Positions 40,343-50,225 of a DNA stretch of 64,000 nucleotides are shown piece after piece; position 1 is the first letter of the stretch, and every line of letters begins with the position of its first letter. The stretch comes from a virus: IMG/VR virus record IMGVR_UViG_3300036766_000806, positions 1-64,000 of that record, one strand, 5' to 3'. The notes beneath the pieces were generated by a model. That model was not told the DNA's origin, ran no database searches, and saw only the letters and a program-made list of their open reading frames with translations. The position numbers and the translations under genes were made by a program.

Positions 40343-40791
40343 TCGTTATCTATTCAGATCAAGACGTACAAAGGCTTCTTTCGATAAATGTGGACAGCGT
40401 TTTTCTCGCTGGTCCAACTTCACGATCCAAAGACGTGCCTTTATGGAGACCCGAAGCACTGGATATTTTGCGAGCACACGAATACAGCGGGCAAGTATTA
40501 GTGCCTGAGTATCTTGATAAGGAGAAACCCTTTGATTTTGATAAACAAGTAGAATGGGAGTACTATGCACTTGAACATTGCAAGAAGATTATTTTTTGGA
40601 TACCGAGAAAAATGGACACGATGCCAGCCCTCACAACCAATGTAGAGTTTGGGCATTATGCTGGTTATTGTAGGGTGTTTTATGGCAGACCTGATGATGC
40701 AGAAAAATGTCAGTATCTCGATTGGTTTTACCGAAAGCATGAGTGGAGACCTATTTACAATAACCTCAAAGACCTATTGAATGCAATATGA
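40339..40791 (+). CDS. nucleoside 2-deoxyribosyltransferase-like protein
   Basis: VFLAGP..WR, QVEWE, FWIPR and TNVEFG motifs. Confidence 0.8.
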   Translation: MIVIYSDQDVQRLLSINVDSVFLAGPTSRSKDVPLWRPEALDILRAHEYSGQVLVPEYLDKEKPFDFDKQVEWEYYALEHCKKIIFWIPRKMDTMPALTTNVEFGHYAGYCRVFYGRPDDAEKCQYLDWFYRKHEWRPIYNNLKDLLNAI

Positions 40792-41399
40792 AAACATGGA
40801 TTACAGCAGATTGGCACCTTGGCGAAGATCGCTTTGAATTGATGGGCGGGCCATTTTCAAGTGCGAATCAAATGTCAAGTACTTTGATTACTAATCACAA
40901 TCTCTTGGTTGCGCCCGAGGATAAAGTTATCGTGGTTGGGGATGTTTGCTATCAAAAAGCACCAGAATATCTTTATCAAGTGGCACATTTCAATGGACAC
41001 AAAACACTTGTGCGTGGCAATCATGACCGAGTATTTACGGACGAACAACTGAAACCATATTTTGATACAATTATTGCCGATGGAGACGGATTTGCTATCA
41101 CGACAGGCGACGATTTACTTTGTTATGTTACGCATTATCCCACTGAGGGAAGGGGAGATATATTTAACTTGGTGGGGCATATTCATGCCGCCTGGAAATA
41201 TCAGTTGAATATGCTTAATGTTGGAGTGGACGTACATCACTTCCAACCAGTAGATATCGATAAGATCCCATTTCACCTTGAAGCAATCAAAAGGTATTAT
41301 GATAAAGATGTATGGGTTGCTTATGACAGCGCAAATACGAAGTGGTGTGGATTAAGGGGTAAAAAGGGAACGTATTTTCGTCCCCAAGCTGACAAATAA
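40788..41399 (+). CDS. calcineurin-like metallophosphoesterase
   Basis: ADWHLG, VGD, GNHD, HYP, GHIH and NVGVD motifs. Confidence 0.88.
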   Translation: MKTWITADWHLGEDRFELMGGPFSSANQMSSTLITNHNLLVAPEDKVIVVGDVCYQKAPEYLYQVAHFNGHKTLVRGNHDRVFTDEQLKPYFDTIIADGDGFAITTGDDLLCYVTHYPTEGRGDIFNLVGHIHAAWKYQLNMLNVGVDVHHFQPVDIDKIPFHLEAIKRYYDKDVWVAYDSANTKWCGLRGKKGTYFRPQADK

Positions 41400-41700
41400 T
41401 CTACTTGACTTTTTATACAAGTATGGTATGGTACAAGCATGAAAGTTAAAGATCTCATACGCAAATTAAAAAAAGAAGATCCCGAAGTAGAAGTGTTAGT
41501 CCGGACACGTACTTGTGTGGGAAATGTGGCTTATGTCCGTAGAGTAGAAAAATCTACCTATGGATTCTTTGGGAAAAATATTCCTTGTATTCTTCTTAAT
41601 CACGATGGTCAGGAATAGTTTGATGTTATGATGGAAAATTGTTGGGGATTACCAAAAAGGAACACCTTGACATTTTATAGTTCTGTGGTATCTTCTCAAT

Positions 41701-42879
41701 ATGATAAAAATTGATAAGCCGATTATATTATCTATACTAGACACGGATCTTTATAAAGTTACGATGGGACAAATGGTGTTCCATGATTTTCCCGAAGCTG
41801 TGGTACAGTATGATTTCATAAACCGTGGTAAAACACCATTTCCTCCCGGATTTGATAAGGCTTTACAAGAACAAATCAACCATTTGGCATCTCTTCGTTT
41901 GACTCCGGATGAGGAGGGGTGGACAAAAACCATTCCATATATTCGCCCGACGTATATAGAATGGCTTAGAGGATATATTTACGATCCTAACAAAGTTGTG
42001 TTTGAGCTAGATTCTAACGGTCAGCTTAGACTTCAAATTCACGGTCCCTGGTATCGTACTATTTATTGGGAAGTACCTCTCATGGCTATTATTTCTGAAT
42101 TGTTTTTCAAAATGACAAACCAACAAATGGATAGTAATGCTTATTCTCGCATTATTACTACGGCAGAAAACCTTAGAAATGCTGATGCTTACTGGATAGA
42201 TTTTGGTACAAGACGCCGATTTTCATATGAAATACAAAATGCCGTTGTTAGAACTATGAAAAAATATAAAGGATTTCTTGGAACGAGTAATCCTTATTTA
42301 GCTTATATACACGGTGTTACTCCACATGGTACATTTGCCCATGAACTCGTACAAGGAATTTCGGGAATGTATGGAGTCCGAGGAGCCAATACGATTACAA
42401 TGAAACGTTGGGCAGAGCATTTCAATGGTAACTTGGGTGTAGCTTTGTCCGACACTTTTGGAACCTTTTCGTTTTTAAGAGACTTTGATATATATACCGC
42501 TAAACTTTTTGATGGAGTTCGCCAAGATTCTGGAGATCCAATTTTTTGGGGACATAAAATAATAGAGCATTATAAAAAGTTGGGTATTCCAACCAGTAAC
42601 AAGCGATTGGTGTTTAGTGATAATCTCAATGATGAAAAGTACATTAAAATTCACAACTTATTTAAGGATATTGCTCAACCCATCGGAGGAATCGGCACTT
42701 TTCTTAGTAACAATGTTGGAGTAAAACCATTAAACATGGTAGTGAAATTGAAACGTATCAAAAAAACAAAAAATTCGGAGTGGATTGATGTAGTGAAGCT
42801 CAGTGATGACCCAGGAAAAGAAATCGGTACTCCAGAGGCAATAGAACTTGCTAAAAAAGAATTAGGCATAAGTGCTTGA
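41701..42879 (+). CDS. pncB: nicotinate phosphoribosyltransferase
   Basis: LDTDLYK, DFGTRRR, GTSN, GTFAHE, RQDSGDP, FSD, GIGT and KLSD motifs. Confidence 0.95.
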   Translation: MIKIDKPIILSILDTDLYKVTMGQMVFHDFPEAVVQYDFINRGKTPFPPGFDKALQEQINHLASLRLTPDEEGWTKTIPYIRPTYIEWLRGYIYDPNKVVFELDSNGQLRLQIHGPWYRTIYWEVPLMAIISELFFKMTNQQMDSNAYSRIITTAENLRNADAYWIDFGTRRRFSYEIQNAVVRTMKKYKGFLGTSNPYLAYIHGVTPHGTFAHELVQGISGMYGVRGANTITMKRWAEHFNGNLGVALSDTFGTFSFLRDFDIYTAKLFDGVRQDSGDPIFWGHKIIEHYKKLGIPTSNKRLVFSDNLNDEKYIKIHNLFKDIAQPIGGIGTFLSNNVGVKPLNMVVKLKRIKKTKNSEWIDVVKLSDDPGKEIGTPEAIELAKKELGISA

Positions 42880-42909
42880 CTTTTTATAAAAGTGGAGTAT
42901 AATGTCAGC

Positions 42910-43323
42910 ATGATTATCAAACTCCATTGCGACTGCGGACAACCCATCGAAGTAGAAGCCGAACAACACGGACAATCCTTCAACTGCCCCTCTTGTAATA
43001 AGGATTTGATTGTCCCCGATTATAAACCATCCCCGCCCGTTATTCCTCCACCCATTCCCGTGACAGAACGAGTGAAGATAAAGGAAAAGCAATCCCACGC
43101 CGGTCCTATTGCCTTGTTTCTGATTGGTCTAATCCTTACTCCCTTCACCTGTGGCATAGGAATACTATTCATTGTCGTCGCCATCATTGCCGACCTACTT
43201 ACTCCTATCTACAAATCCATTTATGTCTGCGGTCAGTGTGGCAACTCCATTTCCTCGGTCTCTAAAATCTGCCCAGTCTGCCATATAGAACTCATTGATC
43301 CTCGCCCGTGGTGGAAGTTTTAG
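42910..43323 (+). CDS. zinc-ribbon membrane protein
   Basis: CDCG..CPSC, Pro-rich linker, TM hairpin, CGQC..CPVC. Confidence 0.75.
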   Translation: MIIKLHCDCGQPIEVEAEQHGQSFNCPSCNKDLIVPDYKPSPPVIPPPIPVTERVKIKEKQSHAGPIALFLIGLILTPFTCGIGILFIVVAIIADLLTPIYKSIYVCGQCGNSISSVSKICPVCHIELIDPRPWWKF

Positions 43324-43335
43324 AAAAATAGGGTT

Positions 43336-43671
43336 ATGAGTGTGAAAATGGAACACAAATACAAACAAATGAAAAAATCAAAAAAACCAGAACCATTACG
43401 GATGTCATATGAAACGTATGCTTATCTCAAATCTCTTCTTGAAAGAGAAATGAAGTTATTAGACCACGATTTAAAAATAGCGTATAATTTCATTCCCAAA
43501 GAACCATATGAGCGTGGAAAACTTTCGGGAGTAGATAAAGCTAATAACATCTTTATAACTGAGTATTCCAGATTAAATGCCATGTTAACCGAACTTTGGA
43601 AGGTTGCTCAAGCAACTTACAAAGATCACCCAAATCTTGAAATGAGAAGATTTTGGGGACTAAAAGAGTGA
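43336..43671 (+). CDS. hypothetical protein
   Basis: 111-aa ORF. Confidence 0.6.
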   Translation: MSVKMEHKYKQMKKSKKPEPLRMSYETYAYLKSLLEREMKLLDHDLKIAYNFIPKEPYERGKLSGVDKANNIFITEYSRLNAMLTELWKVAQATYKDHPNLEMRRFWGLKE

Positions 43672-44108
43672 ATCTATTCAATATCAGAAATACGTTTGAG
43701 ACCAAGGAAGCCAAAGGCTGGTCAGAAGTCTATTTCTGTGTTGATCTGCATGGCACTATAATTCCTCCTGGTAAAGATGCCAGCGATAAAACAGATGCCT
43801 TAAAGTTTTATCCAGATGCCAGAATAGTTCTTCAATGGTTGAGTCGCCGCAAAGACATAGTAATGATTTTGTGGACTTCTACGCCTGTTGATCGGCTTGT
43901 TCCGATATGGCAATGGCTAAACAATAATGATGTTTATTTTGATTATCTTAACAGAAATCCTCACGCTAAAGATACTCCTAGAAGTGACTTCTCCAAAAAG
44001 TTTTATGCTAATGTTTTATTAGACGATCATGCCGGCTTTGAACCAATGACTGACTGGACTAAAATAAAACAAGAACTGATTGATATTGGAGAGTGGGATA
44101 AAACTTGA
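43668..44108 (+). CDS. HAD-superfamily hydrolase-like protein
   Basis: VDLHGTI, LWTS and K....LLDDHAG motifs. Confidence 0.7.
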   Translation: MNLFNIRNTFETKEAKGWSEVYFCVDLHGTIIPPGKDASDKTDALKFYPDARIVLQWLSRRKDIVMILWTSTPVDRLVPIWQWLNNNDVYFDYLNRNPHAKDTPRSDFSKKFYANVLLDDHAGFEPMTDWTKIKQELIDIGEWDKT

Positions 44109-44448
44109 CATTCCCCCGCCAATATGATAAGATTGAAAATATGAATAATAGCAATACACCAAATCCAAATGAGCGAACTCCTGTTGTAGAGTTTGAATAT
44201 CCTGATAGCACCACCGGCAAGATGAAAGTACGTTATCTTCGTGTCATTGAAGCCAATGGCCACTTTCAATACTACAGTGCGCTGGAATAGGACTTCTAAT
44301 TCGTCTTTTTACTTATGAAAATCCTTTTGGTCATACAGCAGATAACAAAGATATAAAGAAATCCACAAAGATGGCCAGATTAATTGGATTGTTAGCTCTT
44401 CCTTGGATGTGGCTTCTTACGGGATATATTATCCATAAAATGTTATAA

Positions 44449-45138
44449 ATGGAAATTTCACTTGCGATAGTAGGAACGGCGGGACGCCAAGATGATGCTA
44501 AAAAATTGTCAAAGCAACATTTTGAAGCAATGTATGTTGTAGCAGAAGGTTTAATAGACCAACTAAAAGAAAACAATTACCCGATTACACATTTAGTTAG
44601 TGGAGGCGCTGCGTTTGCGGATCATGTAGCAGTAAGATTATTTCTTGATAAGAAAGTTGCTCATCTTCGTCTCTTTATTCCTTGTGAATTTGTCGGCGGT
44701 TCTTATAGAGATAATGGGGCGGGAGATCCTTTCAAAAATCCTGGGGGGACTGCCAACTATTATCACAAACAGTTTCAAGTAACTACTGGGATAAATTCCC
44801 TTACTGAAATACAGATAGCAAGTTCCGAAGGAGCAGAACTAATACCTGTAGCAAGGGGATTTTATGCAAGAAATGCACTTGTGGCAAAATCAGATTTTCT
44901 TTTAGCAATGACATTCGGTAAAGGTAGGGAAGTCAAGGATGGCGGCACGGCAGATACAGTACGCCGTTATCTTGAACGAGTACGCAAAGAAGGTTTTTTC
45001 AATAAAAGTTTCCACTATAATCTGGGTGATGGACAGATTTATGAAGGATGTACTACGCCATCAAGGGAAAAAGAAGATAAGGGAGGACCATATACAATAC
45101 CTCAATATCTTCATAAGTTAAAGAAAGTCAATCCATGA
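44449..45138 (+). CDS. SLOG-superfamily protein
   Basis: AIVG, LVSGGA..AD, ARN..VA and GGTADT motifs. Confidence 0.7.
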   Translation: MEISLAIVGTAGRQDDAKKLSKQHFEAMYVVAEGLIDQLKENNYPITHLVSGGAAFADHVAVRLFLDKKVAHLRLFIPCEFVGGSYRDNGAGDPFKNPGGTANYYHKQFQVTTGINSLTEIQIASSEGAELIPVARGFYARNALVAKSDFLLAMTFGKGREVKDGGTADTVRRYLERVRKEGFFNKSFHYNLGDGQIYEGCTTPSREKEDKGGPYTIPQYLHKLKKVNP

Positions 45139-45438
45139 GTACTATTATCAAAGCACCGTGGTCAAAGGAATTTGTAGATATACTCAATGCTTATCAACAA
45201 AATCCCGACGCTCATCCATATACTTGTGAACATTGTCGAAATATTTACGGCACCCGTTTTATTATAGATGAAAATGGAAAATTGATAAAAGAACCTTCTG
45301 ACTTTAAGCCTTGGGAAGGGGATAACTGGAAGAAAGTAATTTTCAAGGAAAGAAAACTAGTCGCCACTAGAAAGGGATGGGTATGCAAGACCTGTAATAA
45401 TATCCAAGACTGGTGTTATGATTTCTCAATATTATGAG

Positions 45439-45783
45439 TTATACCACCGAAGAAATAATCTTTGCGGCATCCTTCTCAGAAGCATTTTGTCTTGCTATGA
45501 ATCGGCCAAGGCTCTTCATTCGATGTTCAATTGATTCAAGCATTTCTTTTACTTCGTTTATATCAGCCTCATAATCCTCTTCGCCCCACCCATAATCCTC
45601 TCTATACACATTGAGAATTTCTGGATTAGAAAGAAACTCAGTCAGGGTTTTCTTTATTGTCTCCAAAGTTTTGAGGCTTCTGATGCGATTTAGATCAATC
45701 ATATAGATCGTTATTTTTATAATCCTTCCTCCACCAGATAAGGACAATCGGCAAAAGTATGCAAAATGCAAATGCCAAATCAA
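45439..45783 (-). CDS. hypothetical protein (likely start MIDLNR)
   Basis: Helical ORF on the minus strand, paired with 45780..46019. Confidence 0.55.
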   Translation of the reverse strand: MIWHLHFAYFCRLSLSGGGRIIKITIYMIDLNRIRSLKTLETIKKTLTEFLSNPEILNVYREDYGWGEEDYEADINEVKEMLESIEHRMKSLGRFIARQNASEKDAAKIISSVV

Positions 45784-46019
45784 CGAGGTTTTTCATCTTT
45801 TCCCACAATTTTTTCATATTTTTCATCCGGCGCTGCGGAAGCAATAAGGCCAAGTACTACGCCAATAAATATCACAATAATGAAGAAAGCTGGTGAGGGA
45901 ATTTTAGTCAATACAGAAAGAATGCCTCTCCATAGAACAATCACTATTAGACCAAGGACAAGAGTTGAAGCCATTTGATCCGGCACCACCACGAGAACTC
46001 GTTTTAGATATTTTATCAT
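45780..46019 (-). CDS. small two-TM membrane protein
   Basis: Two hydrophobic segments. Confidence 0.55.
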   Translation of the reverse strand: MIKYLKRVLVVVPDQMASTLVLGLIVIVLWRGILSVLTKIPSPAFFIIVIFIGVVLGLIASAAPDEKYEKIVGKDEKPR

Positions 46020-47608
46020 ACCATATTCTACTGTACTTCGAGAAAAATGTCAACTACGGACTTGACTTTTTTCAAAAATGGTGTATGATATTCCGCAATG
46101 GCAGCAAAATGGCATTTGGCATGTGATGAATGCGGCAAAAAGGAGTCCTTTAATGACGCCAAGGACATTATCTTTGCCAAATGGAAGATCATTGCCTGGA
46201 AAGTTCCATCGGGGGAGCCAAAAGTGCTCTGTCCTGATTGTGAATATGGCAAACCGAAGAATAAAAAGAAAAAATAAGCTATGAAAACACTTAAACTAAT
46301 CTATGAATTTTTGTTTGATAGATGGGAACAAACGATTTGTGAAAGGGGGACAGAAAAAACAGGAGCGTATCGGGGCGGAATGTGGATGGCAAAGATCAAA
46401 ACTCAAACATATTTAGATAAACTATTTAACCGATATGGTGAAGAAGGATTGCAGAAATACGGAGAATAAGTATATGAAAAATAAATGGATTACAACACAA
46501 CCCGTATCTCCTAACGATACAATTTTCGATGATGCTCCTCAACCCATCAAATGTCCTGAATGTTATGTTGGGTATTTGGATGTAATACATGATCAGTACG
46601 GTTTGCATATGAAATGTCCTCATTGCAAATGGGATTCTGCTAGTTTATACAAAACCAGAAACAGATACGGAAATAAATGAATACTTTAGCTGAAAGTCAA
46701 ATATCTCTTGTCGCAAGGTTGAGTAGAATATCAAATCTCAGTAACCTTCTAATGTTTATTGTGCCATCACCCACGGATGTTTCACAAACACGGGATATAA
46801 AAGATTATGTGAATCATTCAAGTCGGGAATAATTAAATATCTATTTGTGTCAAACTCTGTCGACTGTACCGACAGTAAAGTTTGGGATTATTTGGAGTTT
46901 CTTCCTAATCCTTTTGATGACGCCACGGGTACTAGCGGACTTAGAGCACATACAGAATGGAATTTTAAGAACAAAGTAACTTACGTTGATGTTTCTCCAG
47001 TATTTGCCCAAGCAATCAAATCCATTCACATGGACGAAAGTATTAGCTCGCTATTTGTATGAATAAAAAACTAATTCTCCTGTACTTAGTCAAGGCAGTT
47101 TGTAGAATAAATCGCTGGATAGATGAAACATGCGGTGCTCCCTTGATGGTACTTGGTATGTGCGCTCTGCCCGCTCTTCTCGCAGAGGGAATATTGGCTC
47201 TGGAGAATGTTGACAATGGAAACGGAGTCACTCTTTTCAGATTTATATGGATATGGATCTGGTTAACTATCCGATTAGGATTGTTATTCAACTTTATGTT
47301 CTATCTCGGATGGGAAATTAAAAACGGATTTGAAAAAGCAAGTAGATGGGCAGGAAAATATGAAGATAAAAATAGAAACGAATGAATTTCCGGCAAGCCA
47401 AAAAGATTCTCGACAATGATAAAGAACTCAATCTTGAATTATTAGCACAAGCTCACATCGAGGAACAAAAAAGAGCAAATAAGCGTCGAAAAGGAACTCC
47501 TGGGGGAATGCAACGTTCTTTCGATGCTTGGATAAAACTAAAAGCTCGAGAAAAAGCCGAAGAAATTTGGCGGCAAAGGATTGCAAAGGCATGGAAGAGG
47601 GTTAAGAA

Positions 47609-49168
47609 ATGATGGATCTAAAAAACACTTTATTACAAGGCGGCGGGATTGCCGCCTTGGTTGCTATTATAGTCGGCGCTTGGGGGTATATCAGATCCAT
47701 ATGGAAATACATTGTAAATATTTTCATAGGAGAATCAATATTGAAAGATGATGCTGCAAACGCAACGGTTGCATTTTCATTTAATAAAGCAATTAGATCT
47801 CCATTGGGAATGCGAGTATTTGGTGGGTATGAAAGTTATGTGCATCCTAAAAGATGGTCTGAATCTATCGTGTATGAAGGAATAACCTCTGATCCTATTC
47901 TTGTCAAATACAATAAACGATATGCATTAGTATCCCTAGCTGGTGGGGGAGAAAAAAGTTCCTCGTCGAATATTGGCGAGTACAATGACAACATGGCAAA
48001 TGTGGTAAAAGTACGTTATTTACGATGGTTCTTTGATATTGAAAAGTTTATTATTGAAGCTGTAGATTTCTATAACTCGGAAAAACGACAACGAAATGGA
48101 GACAATAATAAAAAGAACAAGCACACTCGCTTCAAGATGGTCCGCTATTCAGGTCGTGGATATTCCCTTCGTGAAGATGGTAAACCACCCGAACCTACTG
48201 CGGGGAACTCACCAGCCACATCAAAAGGTGGTAATAGAATAGAAAATTTGATTATGACAGGTGTGTTTCGTTTGTTAAGATGGAACCGAGAAGATTTACA
48301 AATGAAACCCGAAGATGGTCAGTCACCTTTTACTGGTTATCCTTTTCCTGACGAAGTAGGAGAAGCAATCAAAGAGTTAAACTGCTGGTTGAATAATGAG
48401 AAGTGGTTTAGATCAAAATCTATCCCGTGGCGCAGAGGATGGTTGCTTTATGGTCCTCCAGGCACGGGAAAAAGTACGTTAGTGAGAGCATTAGCAATGT
48501 ATTTCGATTTGCCCGTGTTTATTTTTGACCTTTCTTCTATGACTAACGATCAATTTGTAAAGTATTGGGAAGAAATGCTATCAAATACCCCATGCATTGC
48601 TCTTATTGAAGATATAGACTCTGTATTTCATGGACGCAAATATGTTGGTAGCGAAATGCAAGGTATTCCTCACATTACCTACGATTGTATATTGAACTGC
48701 ATAAGTGGTGTTAAACAAGCCGGTGGCGTATTTATGATAGTCACCACCAACTTTGTTGATAAAATGGATACAGCCCTCGGCGTGCTTGATAAAGATGGAA
48801 AAAGTTCTCGTCCTGGGAGAATAGATAAAGCAATTCATCTTGGCAATATGGCAGAACCACAACGAAAAGTGCTTGCCAAACATATTCTTTCTGATTACCC
48901 CGAGTTAGTTGAAGAAACTGTTAAATTAGGTGATGGCGAAACGGCGGCTCAATTTCAAAGTCGGTGTGCTCAAATTGCTCTTTCTAGATTCTGGACTGAT
49001 AGCAAATTTTTGGATAAAAAACCTATCGAAGTGGTACATTTCGAGAATAAAGAAGAAGAGGAGGAAGAAGGATATGTAACCATTCCTCCTCCTCCTAATA
49101 ATCCCTCCGCTGAATTTTATGTTGGTGATGACTATCATGTAGTTCGTCCCGCTAAAAGAGTCTCTTGA
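47609..49168 (+). CDS. membrane-anchored BCS1-like AAA+ ATPase
   Basis: N-terminal TM; WRRGWLLYGPPGTGKS, LIEDID, TTN and RPGRID motifs. Confidence 0.88.
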   Translation: MMDLKNTLLQGGGIAALVAIIVGAWGYIRSIWKYIVNIFIGESILKDDAANATVAFSFNKAIRSPLGMRVFGGYESYVHPKRWSESIVYEGITSDPILVKYNKRYALVSLAGGGEKSSSSNIGEYNDNMANVVKVRYLRWFFDIEKFIIEAVDFYNSEKRQRNGDNNKKNKHTRFKMVRYSGRGYSLREDGKPPEPTAGNSPATSKGGNRIENLIMTGVFRLLRWNREDLQMKPEDGQSPFTGYPFPDEVGEAIKELNCWLNNEKWFRSKSIPWRRGWLLYGPPGTGKSTLVRALAMYFDLPVFIFDLSSMTNDQFVKYWEEMLSNTPCIALIEDIDSVFHGRKYVGSEMQGIPHITYDCILNCISGVKQAGGVFMIVTTNFVDKMDTALGVLDKDGKSSRPGRIDKAIHLGNMAEPQRKVLAKHILSDYPELVEETVKLGDGETAAQFQSRCAQIALSRFWTDSKFLDKKPIEVVHFENKEEEEEEGYVTIPPPPNNPSAEFYVGDDYHVVRPAKRVS

Positions 49169-49208
49169 CAAACTCCAAAATTAGTGTATAGTGTATGGCA
49201 TATGAAGA

Positions 49209-49658
49209 ATGCCGCATATTTTTGCCATGATGACTCGTTCTCAAGGTAGAAACCTTAAGTTTTGGACTAACCAGAAAGTTGCCGTAGAAAATCCTCCCGT
49301 GACTTCGGCGGCGGCTCTCGTCCTATTGATAAAGAAATATCTTCCTCTTGACAAATCCATTTACACCGATTCACGAATGTCTCGTTTGCGGAATAGTTGG
49401 TTAAAAAAACAAATGAAAACGCCCGATGAAGAAGGCGGACTTACGTGTGCTATTTGTAAGAGAAAGGGATTAAAGCCTCATTCATCCAATAAAAAGAAAC
49501 TGGCGACTTTGGATCATATTGTAAATATTCTGGATGGGGGATCATGGAATGACCCGAGCAATTTTCAAGTAGCCTGTGTTCAATGCAATACGTGGAAAAA
49601 TGTAGAAAAGCAACGCCGTAAAAAATTGGCCTTGACTTTTTATAAAAGTGGTGTATAA
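49209..49658 (+). CDS. HNH endonuclease
   Basis: CAIC..TLDHIV..N..VACVQCN.WK. Confidence 0.85.
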   Translation: MPHIFAMMTRSQGRNLKFWTNQKVAVENPPVTSAAALVLLIKKYLPLDKSIYTDSRMSRLRNSWLKKQMKTPDEEGGLTCAICKRKGLKPHSSNKKKLATLDHIVNILDGGSWNDPSNFQVACVQCNTWKNVEKQRRKKLALTFYKSGV

Positions 49659-49670
49659 TGGTTAAAGAGC

Positions 49671-49943
49671 ATGAGCAGTCGGAAAAAATATGACGTAGAG
49701 CGTGCTGAATTGGATGTAAAACATGCCGAATCCAGAATGAGAGAAGCTCAATCTAATCTCGAAGAAGGATATAAAAAAGGACAAGCTCAAATAAAAGAAG
49801 CGCAGGCAGATGCAGAACGTGACTATAAGCGATTAAAAGAAGAACTAGAATGAGCGAAAATTGATTTCGAAAAAGAAAAATCAAATCTCAACTTTTGCAA
49901 GGAAGCTTTAGAAAGAGGGTTTGATGACGATTCTGAATCTTAA
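49671..49943 (+). pseudogene. coiled-coil protein with an in-frame TGA at 49851
   Basis: Heptad pattern continues ELE*AKIDFEKEK to a TAA at 49941. Confidence 0.5.
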
Positions 49944-50135
49944 TAAATGTAAATAGAAACATATGAAAAGTAAAACTCTTTTTTGGCTCGCCATGCTCGC
50001 AGCAGCAGTGTGTATGGTTGCATGTATTGGCAATATACTCGAACACAAATACTTTATGGCAATAGTAATGGCTGCCTGCATTGGTATCAATTGTTACATC
50101 GCTAAAATTAGCTTAAAATGAAAGGATAAAACTAT

Positions 50136-50225
50136 ATGGGCGCATGGGGTACAACTGAATTCGAAAACGACACTGCATTAGATTGGGTGGGACAAGGGCA
50201 ATCTCAATACTCCTTTAGTCTGTAA
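50136..50225 (+). pseudogene. DUF4259-like N-terminal remnant
   Basis: MGAWG..FENDTALDW, then a stop after 29 aa. Confidence 0.55.

Noticed and set aside
1348-49853. Genome-wide stop-codon reassignment suggested by in-frame TGA/TAA codons
   Set aside because: Long genes are fully open in code 11, TGA is used as a real stop in ATGA overlaps, and the lesions involve both TGA and TAA.
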